A stretch of 26,385 bases of DNA from a virus (Duplodnaviria > Caudoviricetes), in IMG/VR virus record IMGVR_UViG_3300023283_000023, positions 1 through 26,385 of that record; one strand, 5' to 3'. Positions 6,691 to 15,603 of the stretch are shown one piece after another. A program made the translations under genes and the position numbers. The notes below the pieces were generated by a model. The model was not told the DNA's origin and made no database searches. It saw only the letters and a program-made list of their open reading frames with translations. Position 1 is the stretch's first letter; each line of letters starts with the position of its first letter.

Positions 6691-8171
6691 GTCGCGCCTC
6701 CGCCGGCGTCAGGCAGCGACATTCCCCCACCGATCTGCCCGGTCGCGCCGCCGTAGCCACCCGACGACGCTGCCGGCGAACCATGGTACGAGAGGTAGTC
6801 GTGGTACGGCGACCCACCGATCCCGGACTGGGCCGCGGGGCCCCCGTTGGCGTTGAAGAACGTGGCCATCAGGTTGATGTTCTCGGTGACCGCCGGCCTC
6901 AGCTGGCCGATCGCGTGCTGCATCTGCTCGGGCGTCAGGTCGCCGCTCCCGATCTGGCCGATCATCGCCAGTTCCGTCTGCAGCATGCCGAAGACCTGCT
7001 GTTGATATTGCAGTGACTGCTGCATACCGAACTGTTGTTCGTTCAACTGCAGGTTCTGCATGAACTGTCGGTCCATGAGCGCCGCCTGTAGGTCCGAGTT
7101 GAACCCGGCGAGCGCCATCTGCGACTCCGTCTGGAACGCCATGGACTCGAGGTTGTAGTCCTGCACGACGCCCAGCCGCTCCACGTCGAGTACGTGATTG
7201 AGTTCCATAGATTCGAGGTTCTGGGCGTGCATGACCCCCGACTGCTGCAGCCAGTGGTCCTGTTGTTGCTCCGCGAGCCGGCTCCTGCCCCGGATCTCGG
7301 CCGAGATCTGGTCGATCGCGCCCTGTATCTGCTCCTGCTGGAGCCTCGATGCCTGACGGAAATTCTGCTCCGAGAGCATCGCCGAGTGCATGAACGCCTG
7401 CTCGGCCTGCGAAAATTGGTTCGCGGTGATCGCGTTGAACTCTGCGCTCCGTGCGAACGTCGCCGCATCTTGAGACGAGATCTCGAACGCCTTGCTCACC
7501 GTCGCCAACTCTCCGGCGGTCAGGGCCATAAGGCTGTTCTTGAGGCCCCTTCTGGCCGCGTTGGTCTGCGCGCTCTCTTGGAGAACCTCGAACAACGGGG
7601 AGTCCTTCGACAGGTTGTTCTCCAACTGGCCGGCTACGGTCTGGTCTTCGGTGACCTCCCACTCCGTTGGGCCCGGCATGTTCTCCGGCATCTCCGGCAG
7701 GAATTCAGGCCTGTCATCACCCCAGCCGACCGGCGTATTCCGCGGGGTCGACGTCTGCGCCGGCCTCTGGTCGTTCGCGCCCGCAATCTGGGCCGAATTT
7801 CTGGCCTCCACGGACGGTTCGGGAAGGAACTCCTTGTGCTGCGCACGTCCCGCGCTGTCCGATAGGGACCGAGGGCCCACGGGCGTGATTGCCTGATCGC
7901 CTCCCGTGCCCGAACTCGGCGGCCGGGTCGCGCCCTGATTGTTGGCCGCTAGGTGATGCTGGGGACCCGCAGGCTTCGACTTCCCGCCCACGGGCTCCGC
8001 CGGGCGTGTCGGCGGCCGGGTCGCGCCCTGATTGTTGGCCGCTAGGTGATGCTGGGGACCCGCAGGCTTCGACTTCCCGCCCACGGGCTCCGGTAGCTCG
8101 ATAGCATCCTTGGCCGACTTCTGCATCTTCTCCATGCTGTCAGTCGATTCGTCCAGAAAATCCTTCGCCAT
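6687..8171 (-). CDS. Putative ejection/internal virion protein (494 aa; disordered N-terminus, Gln-rich coiled coil)
   Basis: GGAG upstream of ATG; AARRGLKNSLMA segment and Q/M-rich helical C-half; first gene of the ejection block. Confidence 0.7.
   Translation of the reverse strand: MAKDFLDESTDSMEKMQKSAKDAIELPEPVGGKSKPAGPQHHLAANNQGATRPPTRPAEPVGGKSKPAGPQHHLAANNQGATRPPSSGTGGDQAITPVGPRSLSDSAGRAQHKEFLPEPSVEARNSAQIAGANDQRPAQTSTPRNTPVGWGDDRPEFLPEMPENMPGPTEWEVTEDQTVAGQLENNLSKDSPLFEVLQESAQTNAARRGLKNSLMALTAGELATVSKAFEISSQDAATFARSAEFNAITANQFSQAEQAFMHSAMLSEQNFRQASRLQQEQIQGAIDQISAEIRGRSRLAEQQQDHWLQQSGVMHAQNLESMELNHVLDVERLGVVQDYNLESMAFQTESQMALAGFNSDLQAALMDRQFMQNLQLNEQQFGMQQSLQYQQQVFGMLQTELAMIGQIGSGDLTPEQMQHAIGQLRPAVTENINLMATFFNANGGPAAQSGIGGSPYHDYLSYHGSPAASSGGYGGATGQIGGGMSLPDAGGGAT
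7916..8092. repeat. Perfect 84-bp direct repeat, period 93 bp (31 codons), inside the 494-aa gene
   Basis: 7916-7999 is identical to 8009-8092; encodes EPVGGKSKPAGPQHHLAANNQGATRPP twice. Confidence 0.95.
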
Positions 8172-8493
8172 CGGCCCACTCCATCCATGATTTCAGGCGT
8201 TCCGCGAGAACGCTGTATTTGCCCATTGTACTCACAGCCCAACGAAGTGCAATATCGGCCTGCTCCGGGGGTGTCGCGCCACCCTCGATATCAATGGGTG
8301 AAAGTTCCGGGATCTCGGCAAATGACCCCTCAGGGGCGATCGGCTTCTGGGGCTCCGGGCACTCCCTGACGAATACCTCGGTTGATGGCCTCGGCTGTCT
8401 CGTTCCACAGCCGGATATCATCACCATCCCACTGGCAATGACTGCGACCAGAAAACCGTTCTGCCACGGCCTCCATCTCTTCGTTGATTTCAT
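8140..8493 (-). CDS. o-spanin (Rz1-like outer-membrane lipoprotein, ~117 aa)
   Basis: MKSTKRW...FLVAVIASGMVMISG|C lipobox, followed by a Pro-rich region (ECPEPQKP); overlaps the 3' part of the i-spanin gene in another frame. Start moved from 8520 (TTG) to ATG 8493. Confidence 0.85.
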   Translation of the reverse strand: MKSTKRWRPWQNGFLVAVIASGMVMISGCGTRQPRPSTEVFVRECPEPQKPIAPEGSFAEIPELSPIDIEGGATPPEQADIALRWAVSTMGKYSVLAERLKSWMEWADGEGFSGRID

Positions 8494-8773
8494 TGATCCG
8501 TTCCTCTCGTCTGGCGGCAATCCTGCGGGCGCGCTCAGCGCTGGAGCGCTCCTGTTCGATGATCTCCTTGTACCTGTCTACCGTCCTTTGGTGCTCCTCG
8601 TTGGCCAGCTCAATCTTCTCCCTACCCTCCCGGCGCTCGGCCGCGAGCTCGGCGCGGTGCTCCTCCTCGAGGCCGCTCATCCTGTCCGCCCAGGCCGCGC
8701 GCTCGACCCTCTGCCCGATGAACACTCCGAGCGCTATGCCGGCTATGGCCGGTATCATGAGTTTCCAGATCAT
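8330..8773 (-). CDS. i-spanin (Rz-like, 147 aa)
   Basis: N-terminal TM (LMIPAIAGIALGVFIG), coiled coil, C-terminal C...RLWNE; directly after the endolysin. Confidence 0.85.
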   Translation of the reverse strand: MIWKLMIPAIAGIALGVFIGQRVERAAWADRMSGLEEEHRAELAAERREGREKIELANEEHQRTVDRYKEIIEQERSSAERARRIAARREERINEINEEMEAVAERFSGRSHCQWDGDDIRLWNETAEAINRGIRQGVPGAPEADRP

Positions 8774-9342
8774 TGTGTCACCTTCATCAGTTTGTACCGG
8801 TGTTCAATGTGCCTGATGTACCCGATCGTTTCGTGCGCGTGATGGCCCGTGATCCAGTGCAGGAAACGACTGATCTCGTCCCACCTCCGACATTCGCCAC
8901 CGCAGGGCATCGACCGGCAAATCCTCTGCGCACGAATGATGTTGCCGGTCCCCGCGTTATAACCGGCCTCTCCCAGGCGCCTGACCTCGATATACGGTCT
9001 GGGCTCGGTCCACGTCAGCATCTGCTGGGACAGGTAGTAGGCGCCCGCATTGATCGATGGCTCAACGACATGCGGACTGAATCCACTGTAGCCGAGGATC
9101 GCCGCGACCTCCCGCCACGTCCCGGGCATGAACTGCGCTACGCCCCGGGCACCGACCGGGGACACGGCATCCGGGTCCAGCCTGGACTCTTGGTACAACT
9201 GCGACCGGTACCGGACCCAGTCCGCGCCTGGAAGCCACCGTTCGGACGCGCGCTCTATGAGCGGGTCGTATTCTGTGTGCCCGATCTGGCCCGCGGCCGG
9301 CGAGGATAGGAGCGCGATAACGATCAGGGCTCGAATGTTCAT
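8770..9342 (-). CDS. Endolysin, SLT-family lytic transglycosylase with N-terminal signal-like sequence (~190 aa)
   Basis: QES catalytic motif, AVSPVGARGVAQFMPGTW and YNAG motifs. ATG 9342 overlaps the holin stop (ATGA), so it is preferred over 9378. Confidence 0.92.
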   Translation of the reverse strand: MNIRALIVIALLSSPAAGQIGHTEYDPLIERASERWLPGADWVRYRSQLYQESRLDPDAVSPVGARGVAQFMPGTWREVAAILGYSGFSPHVVEPSINAGAYYLSQQMLTWTEPRPYIEVRRLGEAGYNAGTGNIIRAQRICRSMPCGGECRRWDEISRFLHWITGHHAHETIGYIRHIEHRYKLMKVTQ

Positions 9343-9665
9343 GACGCGGCGATGATCAGCGCGACGGCCACAACCCACGCCCCGAAATAGATCGCCGAGG
9401 CCATGGAGCTCGCCTGAATGCTGTCCCGGGCCATCTTCCAGTCAATGCCGCCGAGACGATCCCGGAGTCGTAGCGAAAGGAACAGAAAGGCTACGAGGAA
9501 AGGGACTTTGATAACGTCCAGCAGGGCGCTGAAGATGCCGACCATCCCGATGCTTCCCGAACCGCCCAAACGATCGCCGATGACCCATACAAGACCGGGC
9601 AGCAGGACCACCACCATCATAACGATCGCCCATTTCCACTCCTTCAGGATTTCATTTATACGCAT
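9339..9665 (-). CDS. Putative holin (108 aa, ~3 hydrophobic segments)
   Basis: Small hydrophobic protein directly upstream of the endolysin; GAGGA Shine-Dalgarno. Confidence 0.7.
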   Translation of the reverse strand: MRINEILKEWKWAIVMMVVVLLPGLVWVIGDRLGGSGSIGMVGIFSALLDVIKVPFLVAFLFLSLRLRDRLGGIDWKMARDSIQASSMASAIYFGAWVVAVALIIAAS

Positions 9666-9680
9666 GCTCAGTTCCTCATG

Positions 9681-10196
9681 TTAGAGCCCGCTCGCGAAGC
9701 TCGCCGTGATGGTGAACGTGGCGCTCCCCAATACGTTCCCGCCGCCATCATCGATCTCCACGAATAATGCCGATGCCTTGTCGCCCTCGAACGCCCTCTC
9801 GTTTCGCCACTCGCGCGTGGTGCTCAGGGCGTGCCACGCGTCGAGCGCTGGACCGGATGTCGGCGTCGTGCCTGATGACAAGGTTGCTCTCACCCGATAC
9901 CCGGATCCCGTGAACGGGATCAGCCACTCTCCCGAGATGTCGGCCAAGACCCCGCCCTCGTTCTTCTTGAGTTGCCCAGAGCTGTCGAAGACGATGCCCG
10001 CTATCGCGGTGCCGGAATCCACCGCATCGGTTATCACCAGATTCGTCAGGATCACGGTAACCGCCGAATAGAATTTCTTCCACGCCCCGCTGTCTTTGAC
10101 CCACGCTCCCTTTACCGCCTTCCATGTACCGCCGTCGCGCACGCTCGGTGCCGTGACCTCTTTCCATGACCCGGCATCGCGGACGTGCATCGGCAT
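9681..10196 (-). CDS. Tail-fibre-associated / receptor-binding tip protein (171 aa)
   Basis: Three V[RK]DxGxWK repeats at the N-terminus, a pattern typical of genes following fibres that end in GDIW; TGATG-coupled to the fibre gene. Confidence 0.65.
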   Translation of the reverse strand: MPMHVRDAGSWKEVTAPSVRDGGTWKAVKGAWVKDSGAWKKFYSAVTVILTNLVITDAVDSGTAIAGIVFDSSGQLKKNEGGVLADISGEWLIPFTGSGYRVRATLSSGTTPTSGPALDAWHALSTTREWRNERAFEGDKASALFVEIDDGGGNVLGSATFTITASFASGL

Positions 10197-12025
10197 CAGA
10201 CTTGCAACCAGATGTCGCCGTTGGAGCCACCGGACGGACCGGACGTCGACACCGTGATCGACGCGGCCGTCCCGACCCCGATGTGATTCTGGAGCGCGCC
10301 GAGCTGTTCGGCGGCCGCCTCGCGTGTGATGCTCGACAAGCTGGCCCCGTTCGAGGTCGCCTGCAGGAAACCGTTGCCCGTGTGGGTCCCCATACCTGTA
10401 CCGCCCCGGGTGACGCTTAGGACGCCGCTCGTGATCTTCGAGACCGGGAGGTCGGGAATTCGGAATTCGCTTAGGACGCCGCTTGTGATCTTCGAGGCCG
10501 GGAGGCCGGGAATCCGGTCCCCACTTAGGACGCCGCTTGTGATGTCGGCCGCGGAATGCGTGTGCGACGTGGGCGCCGCGCCGATGTCAACCCGGACCTG
10601 GCTGGGACTCAAGCTGCTCATCGGCGCCGTGTTGTTTCCGACCAGGAAGAAACCGGTCGATATGGATGTCCTGCCCGTGCCGCCACGACTGACGCCGAAG
10701 CTGCCGCTGTCGATCTTGGACGCGGGCAGCCCGGGGATCTGCGCCTCCCCAAACGCCCCGCTCGTGATCTTCGAGGCCGGGAGGTCGGGGATCCGCGCCT
10801 CCCCGAAAGTGCCGGTCGTGACCTTCGACGCATCGAGGTCAGGGATCCGCGCCTCCGCCAGCTCGCCGCTGACGATGTCGCCCGCCGCGTGCGTGTGAGA
10901 TGATGCCGCGCCCCCGATGTCGGCGAGGACCTGTGCCGGCGTCCTCAGCTCGAACGAGGACGAGGTCGAGGCCCGAACGTAGTTCGACGCGACCAGCGAA
11001 TTCAGCCCCGTGCCGCCACGACTGACGCCGAAGCTGCCGCTGTCGATCTTGGACGCGGGCAGCCCCGGGATCCTCGCCTCATCGAATTCACCGCTGACCA
11101 CGTCGGCCGCGGCATGTGTGTGCGAATCGCCCGCGAAATTGGCCTCCACATAGCCCTTGGTCGTGAGCGTCCCCGACGGGTCCCCGCCGGCCGTCGCCGC
11201 GCTCGTGACCTTGCCGCCGACCACGTCGATCGCGCCCGCGTTGGTCACCGTCCCGACGGTCAGCGTGTAGCCCGTGTCGTCCCATGAAAGCTCCGCCTGG
11301 CCTCCAGCGAGCCCCGAATTGTTAAACTGGACCATCCCGTCCGAACCCGCCGGCGGGTTTTCCCCGGCGACCACCTGCTGGATCTCGTCGTTGATCTTCT
11401 GCGCGCTCCACAGGTCCGTGGCGGCCGTGGACGCATCATTGATGACCCGGTGCTCGGCGACGTTGTAGTTGGTTAGCGCATCGTGGTCGATGGCCGCCTG
11501 GTGCTGGGTGACGCTCGACTCGCTGATTCGCGCGCTGGCGAACGTGCCGGCCGTGACGTCGGCCGCGGCGTGCGTGTGCGACACTCCAGCGAACGCGGAT
11601 TCCGCATAACCCTTCGTCACCACCGTCGTTGCCCCGTCCCCGCCAACCGTGGCGGCCGACGTGGCCTTCCCTGTCACCGCCAGCGTGCCGCCCATGGTCA
11701 CATTGCCCTGCAGGTCGGATGTCCCGGTCACCGTGGCACTGGCAGCTTGCAGGGCGCCGCTCAGGGTGGCCGTGGCGCCAGTGAAGGCCGTGACCGCGAT
11801 ATTGGCCACGGACAGAGTGTCCGTCGCCTTGTCGAACGTGAAATCCGCGTCGCCGCCGAGGTTGTCGCCGTCGTTGAATTGCACCTGAGTGTCGGCCCCG
11901 CCGGGGATCGTACCCAGCGCGTCGAACCCGGCCTCGATCAGTTTGAGCTGGCTGTTTATCTCCGCCGCTCGGGCGATGCGGCCGGGGAACGAGGTCTGGA
12001 CGAACGTGTAGTACGGATTGGCCAT
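10196..12025 (-). CDS. Tail fibre protein (609 aa)
   Basis: N-terminal attachment segment (RAAEINSQLKLIEAGFD), two VQFN[DN] repeats, four SHTH motifs, repeated IP[GD]L[PD]ASKI[TD]SG units, C-terminal PSGGSNGDIWLQV. Confidence 0.88.
   Translation of the reverse strand: MANPYYTFVQTSFPGRIARAAEINSQLKLIEAGFDALGTIPGGADTQVQFNDGDNLGGDADFTFDKATDTLSVANIAVTAFTGATATLSGALQAASATVTGTSDLQGNVTMGGTLAVTGKATSAATVGGDGATTVVTKGYAESAFAGVSHTHAAADVTAGTFASARISESSVTQHQAAIDHDALTNYNVAEHRVINDASTAATDLWSAQKINDEIQQVVAGENPPAGSDGMVQFNNSGLAGGQAELSWDDTGYTLTVGTVTNAGAIDVVGGKVTSAATAGGDPSGTLTTKGYVEANFAGDSHTHAAADVVSGEFDEARIPGLPASKIDSGSFGVSRGGTGLNSLVASNYVRASTSSSFELRTPAQVLADIGGAASSHTHAAGDIVSGELAEARIPDLDASKVTTGTFGEARIPDLPASKITSGAFGEAQIPGLPASKIDSGSFGVSRGGTGRTSISTGFFLVGNNTAPMSSLSPSQVRVDIGAAPTSHTHSAADITSGVLSGDRIPGLPASKITSGVLSEFRIPDLPVSKITSGVLSVTRGGTGMGTHTGNGFLQATSNGASLSSITREAAAEQLGALQNHIGVGTAASITVSTSGPSGGSNGDIWLQV
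10400..11110. repeat. 45-bp (15-aa) degenerate coding repeats and a 59-bp exact duplication in the tail fibre gene
   Basis: Repeated IPGLPASKITSG-type units; 10674-10732 equals 11007-11065. Confidence 0.85.
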
Positions 12026-12026
12026 G

Positions 12027-14099
12027 TCAGAACTCCCGCTTCAGCCGCCGCGGCGACCACGTGATGTTGATGCCGTGGAGGACGTGCTCTAACTCCGTGG
12101 CCGAATTATGATACAGGTGCAGCCCGACGTTGAAGCCGGTGTCCTCGATATAGAACGAGGGATCGGAACCCACGCCCTGAGACCACTTGAATTCCGCCCA
12201 CTCGGCGACGTCCCAGAACCCGCCGGCCGCCTCGGTCCCGATCTCCTGCACCACAGCCCCGGTCGCGCCGGTCCCGCCGTAGTTGACGTCGATCGAGCCC
12301 GAGATCGAGGCCTGGAAGCCGGACATCTCGAGCACGGCCTTGCGGTAGCGCTTGTTCTGCTCCGGGCTCCCCGAATGATAGAAGACCAGCAGGACGAACG
12401 CCTCGATCGGATTCCCGTCGAAGTTCCTGCCCACGTCCTGCTCATAGACGAAGCCATCGTCTGAGCCGAAGAAGGCGCGCTCGATATTCCCCTCGGTCTG
12501 GCTCGACCACAGGGCAGTGACCGGTCTCCCGTAATCGATGAGAGTGAAGCCCGCCGGTTCCGTGCCGTGGAACCCGAGCACCACCGCAGTGCCGTCCGTA
12601 TAGAACAGGCGCCATAGGTTCAGCGACCTCGATATCTGGGAGCCGAAGACGTTCGCGGTTTTCTGGTCGAGGAGCGGCTTGATAAGCTGGCTGAGGTCCC
12701 CGGGCACGAAGTTCCCGAACCGGTCACTGCTCACCACGCTGGACACGCCACGCTGGTCGAGATGGACCGTCGAACCGATCCTCTGCGCGGTGTAAGGGAC
12801 GGCCCCCATCTCGGTATTCAAGGTCACCAGGTTGAACTCTTCAGCGGTCCGCCCGTACAAGATCTTGATCTGCTCCTCGGAGTAGATCAGGAGCGCGTTG
12901 TCCACTTCCTCGACGAACCCCGTACATTGATCACCGATCAGGATCTCGCCGGCACCGCTGACCACGCTCCACGTCCACGGATCATTCGGTGCGCTGTTCT
13001 GGATGCTCCCGCCCTGGAACGAGAGCATGAGCATGTTGTTGTTGTTGGCAATGAAACTCGGGGTGTCCGGGTCCATGCCGGTCTCGATGAACCCGAAGAC
13101 CCCGTCGTTGCAGTCGTATTCCCAGGGTGCGTTCTTGCCGTCCACGCCGTACAGGCGCGGGTCGACCAGCTTGTTGTCGAAGGTCGAGATCCTGAACTCG
13201 TAGCGGCCGCCCGGGGCCAGGACCTGTTGCTCGAGCGTCCCGCTTGCGACGAACGCCTGGACGCCGTCGATGGTGATGTTCTCCCCGTCCGTGAACGATC
13301 CGACGATGTTGCTCAGGATCACGTAGCCGGCGGCCGACTGGTTAGATATGAACCCGCTCTTGATCCGGAGCCGCTCGATCTCCGCGGTGGCCCCGGATGA
13401 GGCACCGGTGATCGTGTCCCCGTCCGCCATCTCCAGTTCGCCGCCGGTGAACCGGAGACGTTGGTTGAGCGCCACCTCGGTCCAGCCGCTCGAGCTCGAC
13501 TCGTACATCACGCACGCCGTGCCCCCTACGTTGTCGCGGAACGCGTAGACATTGCCACAGTAGTTGACCACGCCGCGGATGGGTCCAGACCCCGGGACAG
13601 ACTGGATGGCGTCCCTTCGCACCGTCTCCGCGGCCGTGCGGGCCAGCGTGTTCTCCTCGTCGGTGCCCGTGTCGTTCTCGAGCACCGCAATGACGGTGTT
13701 GCCGTTGAACACGGTGCCGACCACGGGATCATCGCCGGTTACGTCCCCGATCGTCACGTCCCCGCCGTTGGTCACGTAGATCACGGTCGCCGAACCCGAG
13801 GCTGAATCCCAGTCAACCGCGTCGTCTACCGACAGGTTCGAGTCATCGCCATCGGTCACGATCGTGATGAACCTCGCCTTGTGCGGCTGGGGCCTACCGT
13901 CAAACCGCTCGTAACCCTTGACCCGACGGTAACCGCCACGCCAGTACGGCTCGTAGTTCATGCACGCCAGAAGCTGGCCGGGCTGGATGGACAGGAATGG
14001 GTCGATCAGGTTCAGCCCGCCCCGGAACGGGTAGTAGTCGGTGCTGTTGATCCGCTGCTGGGGAACGCCCTGCCTGGACCGGGCACCAATGTTAAACAT
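12027..14099 (-). CDS. Tail nozzle / DNA-stabilisation protein (tail tubular B or P22 gp10-like, ~690 aa)
   Basis: FRGGLNLIDP...NYEP...GGYRRVKGYERFDG N-terminus, beta-rich composition, position after the adaptor. Start reassigned to ATG 14099 (MFNIGAR), since the longer ORF runs through the upstream gene. Confidence 0.75.
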   Translation of the reverse strand: MFNIGARSRQGVPQQRINSTDYYPFRGGLNLIDPFLSIQPGQLLACMNYEPYWRGGYRRVKGYERFDGRPQPHKARFITIVTDGDDSNLSVDDAVDWDSASGSATVIYVTNGGDVTIGDVTGDDPVVGTVFNGNTVIAVLENDTGTDEENTLARTAAETVRRDAIQSVPGSGPIRGVVNYCGNVYAFRDNVGGTACVMYESSSSGWTEVALNQRLRFTGGELEMADGDTITGASSGATAEIERLRIKSGFISNQSAAGYVILSNIVGSFTDGENITIDGVQAFVASGTLEQQVLAPGGRYEFRISTFDNKLVDPRLYGVDGKNAPWEYDCNDGVFGFIETGMDPDTPSFIANNNNMLMLSFQGGSIQNSAPNDPWTWSVVSGAGEILIGDQCTGFVEEVDNALLIYSEEQIKILYGRTAEEFNLVTLNTEMGAVPYTAQRIGSTVHLDQRGVSSVVSSDRFGNFVPGDLSQLIKPLLDQKTANVFGSQISRSLNLWRLFYTDGTAVVLGFHGTEPAGFTLIDYGRPVTALWSSQTEGNIERAFFGSDDGFVYEQDVGRNFDGNPIEAFVLLVFYHSGSPEQNKRYRKAVLEMSGFQASISGSIDVNYGGTGATGAVVQEIGTEAAGGFWDVAEWAEFKWSQGVGSDPSFYIEDTGFNVGLHLYHNSATELEHVLHGINITWSPRRLKREF

Positions 14100-14811
14100 C
14101 GCGGACCACCATGTCCTGCTCCTCGTGGCTGGCGCCACCCCGGAACCCGGGTAGGTAGTTGGATTCCAGCCGGGTGACCATCTCGTCGAACTCGTTGGCC
14201 GAGCCCTGCATGATCTCCGGCGCGTTCTCTCGTTCGGCGAAGATGATCTTGGCCCGCACCAGAACCAGCCGGTCATAGCCGTCGGGCAGGATGATCTCGT
14301 CGTCGTCGTTCACCAGATTCGGGGGTTCGCGGTAGTATTCGTACCGGTAATCGAACACTCCGCCGATTGGATGCGAAAACTCGATTGTCCGGTCTGGCCG
14401 GAATGTCCACGCGTTCGGCGTCGTGCTCGGCGTGCGCGGTGACCCGTGCCTGTAGATCTTCTTGAAGTCATCCCACTCCAGATACCGGACATCCCGCCAC
14501 GCGTTCCCGGACTGGATCTGGAAGCTGTGGCGCTGGGTCTTGTACCGGCGCGGCTTCGGGGTGGCGCTCGGTAGGACCGTGGCACCGGCATCTACCTGAT
14601 CCTGGGTCGTGGTCCCCGTCTCCTCAAGCCACAGGAAGTCCCAGTCGGGCCACATCGTGCAGATGCTGAGATGGGCCTCCCGGACGTACTGGATCACCCT
14701 TGAGACCCCTGAGGACTCGAGACCCGTGGCAAGGTCGATTGGGCCGGTGCCGCCCGCGACACCGACCTCGCTGACAAAGTCCTGGACGATCTCGAGGTAG
14801 GTCCGGGACAT
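14092..14811 (-). CDS. Head-tail adaptor (tail tubular A-like, 239 aa)
   Basis: RTYLEIVQ N-terminal helix, WPDWDFL motif, LVNDDDEIILPDGYDRLVL; typical size and position. Confidence 0.75.
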   Translation of the reverse strand: MSRTYLEIVQDFVSEVGVAGGTGPIDLATGLESSGVSRVIQYVREAHLSICTMWPDWDFLWLEETGTTTQDQVDAGATVLPSATPKPRRYKTQRHSFQIQSGNAWRDVRYLEWDDFKKIYRHGSPRTPSTTPNAWTFRPDRTIEFSHPIGGVFDYRYEYYREPPNLVNDDDEIILPDGYDRLVLVRAKIIFAERENAPEIMQGSANEFDEMVTRLESNYLPGFRGGASHEEQDMVVRDV

Positions 14812-15299
14812 CAGTCGCTCGTGTTGTCAGCCACGAACCGGGCGTTCTTCGCCTTCGACCCTTCTCCCGTGAACGGCAGGTGCGCGACCTCGGACTCGTC
14901 TGTGCCGTCGGCCAGCATCCGGCTCTTCAGCTCCTCGACCATCGCCTTGAGCGCGTTGGCATGCATGCCCATCGCCAAATCGTAGTTCTCCTGCCAGTCG
15001 TCCGTCGTCTCCAGCGACTCTTCGCCCTCTTCGGGCTCGGGCTCCGGGGTGGGCTCGGGCTCCGGGGTGGGCTCGGTTTCGGTGGACTCGGTATCCGTAT
15101 AGGAGACAGTCTCATCAGCTTCCAGCCCCTCTTTCTTCAGCTCCTGCAGTTCCCGCTGGGTCATCCCCGATGGCCGGGCCGCCTCCTCGGTAGAGACCTC
15201 CACGCCGGCGCCGTTGAAATAGTGCCCGGCCTGATAGAACTTGGCCACGCTGTGACCCGAGATCTCCGAATACGGCGCCTTCCTGTTGAATTTCGCCAT
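14811..15299 (-). CDS. Hypothetical acidic protein with PE/PT linker (162 aa)
   Basis: TGATG-coupled on both sides; EPTPEPEPTPEPEP encoded by an 18-bp tandem repeat at ~15035-15076. Confidence 0.75.
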   Translation of the reverse strand: MAKFNRKAPYSEISGHSVAKFYQAGHYFNGAGVEVSTEEAARPSGMTQRELQELKKEGLEADETVSYTDTESTETEPTPEPEPTPEPEPEEGEESLETTDDWQENYDLAMGMHANALKAMVEELKSRMLADGTDESEVAHLPFTGEGSKAKNARFVADNTSD

Positions 15300-15559
15300 C
15301 AGTATCCCACTCCGTCATCGATTGCCTCGTCCATGCTCCCCATCCCGACCCGCATTGACACGCCGTCCGCGAGCGACGGGTCGCCCATGTGCGTCGCCTC
15401 GATCTCGGCGTGAGATCTTGAGACGTGCCTATAGCCAGCCCCATTGGGCGTGTTCCTCCCGTAGTAGTCGCCCGACTTGGTCTTCTGACCGTCGATCGCG
15501 TGCGACTTGTTCTCCACCCGCACGCGGTCGCTCATCTCGTTGTGCAGTTCCATCAACAT
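15299..15559 (-). CDS. Hypothetical protein (86 aa)
   Basis: Strong GGAGGTGA Shine-Dalgarno; stop overlaps the next ATG. Confidence 0.8.
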   Translation of the reverse strand: MLMELHNEMSDRVRVENKSHAIDGQKTKSGDYYGRNTPNGAGYRHVSRSHAEIEATHMGDPSLADGVSMRVGMGSMDEAIDDGVGY

Positions 15560-15572
15560 GGCGTCACCTCCA

Positions 15573-15603
15573 GAAAAAAGGCCGGGTCAGGCTGGCCCGG
15601 CCT
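15573..15603 (-). terminator. Rho-independent terminator after the capsid gene cluster
   Basis: Minus strand AGGCCGGG-CCAGCCTGA-CCCGGCCT followed by a T run. Confidence 0.8.

Noticed and set aside
10674-11065. Tail fibre duplication as a DGR template/variable repeat pair or invertible segment
   Set aside because: Direct, identical and internal, with no adenine-specific differences; no reverse transcriptase or invertase in the window.
14100-14276. ORF-track upstream starts for the nozzle (14276), and likewise 9378, 8520, 16015, 21696 and 21989
   Set aside because: Each extends into the preceding gene; downstream ATGs with Shine-Dalgarno or stop-start coupling fit better.
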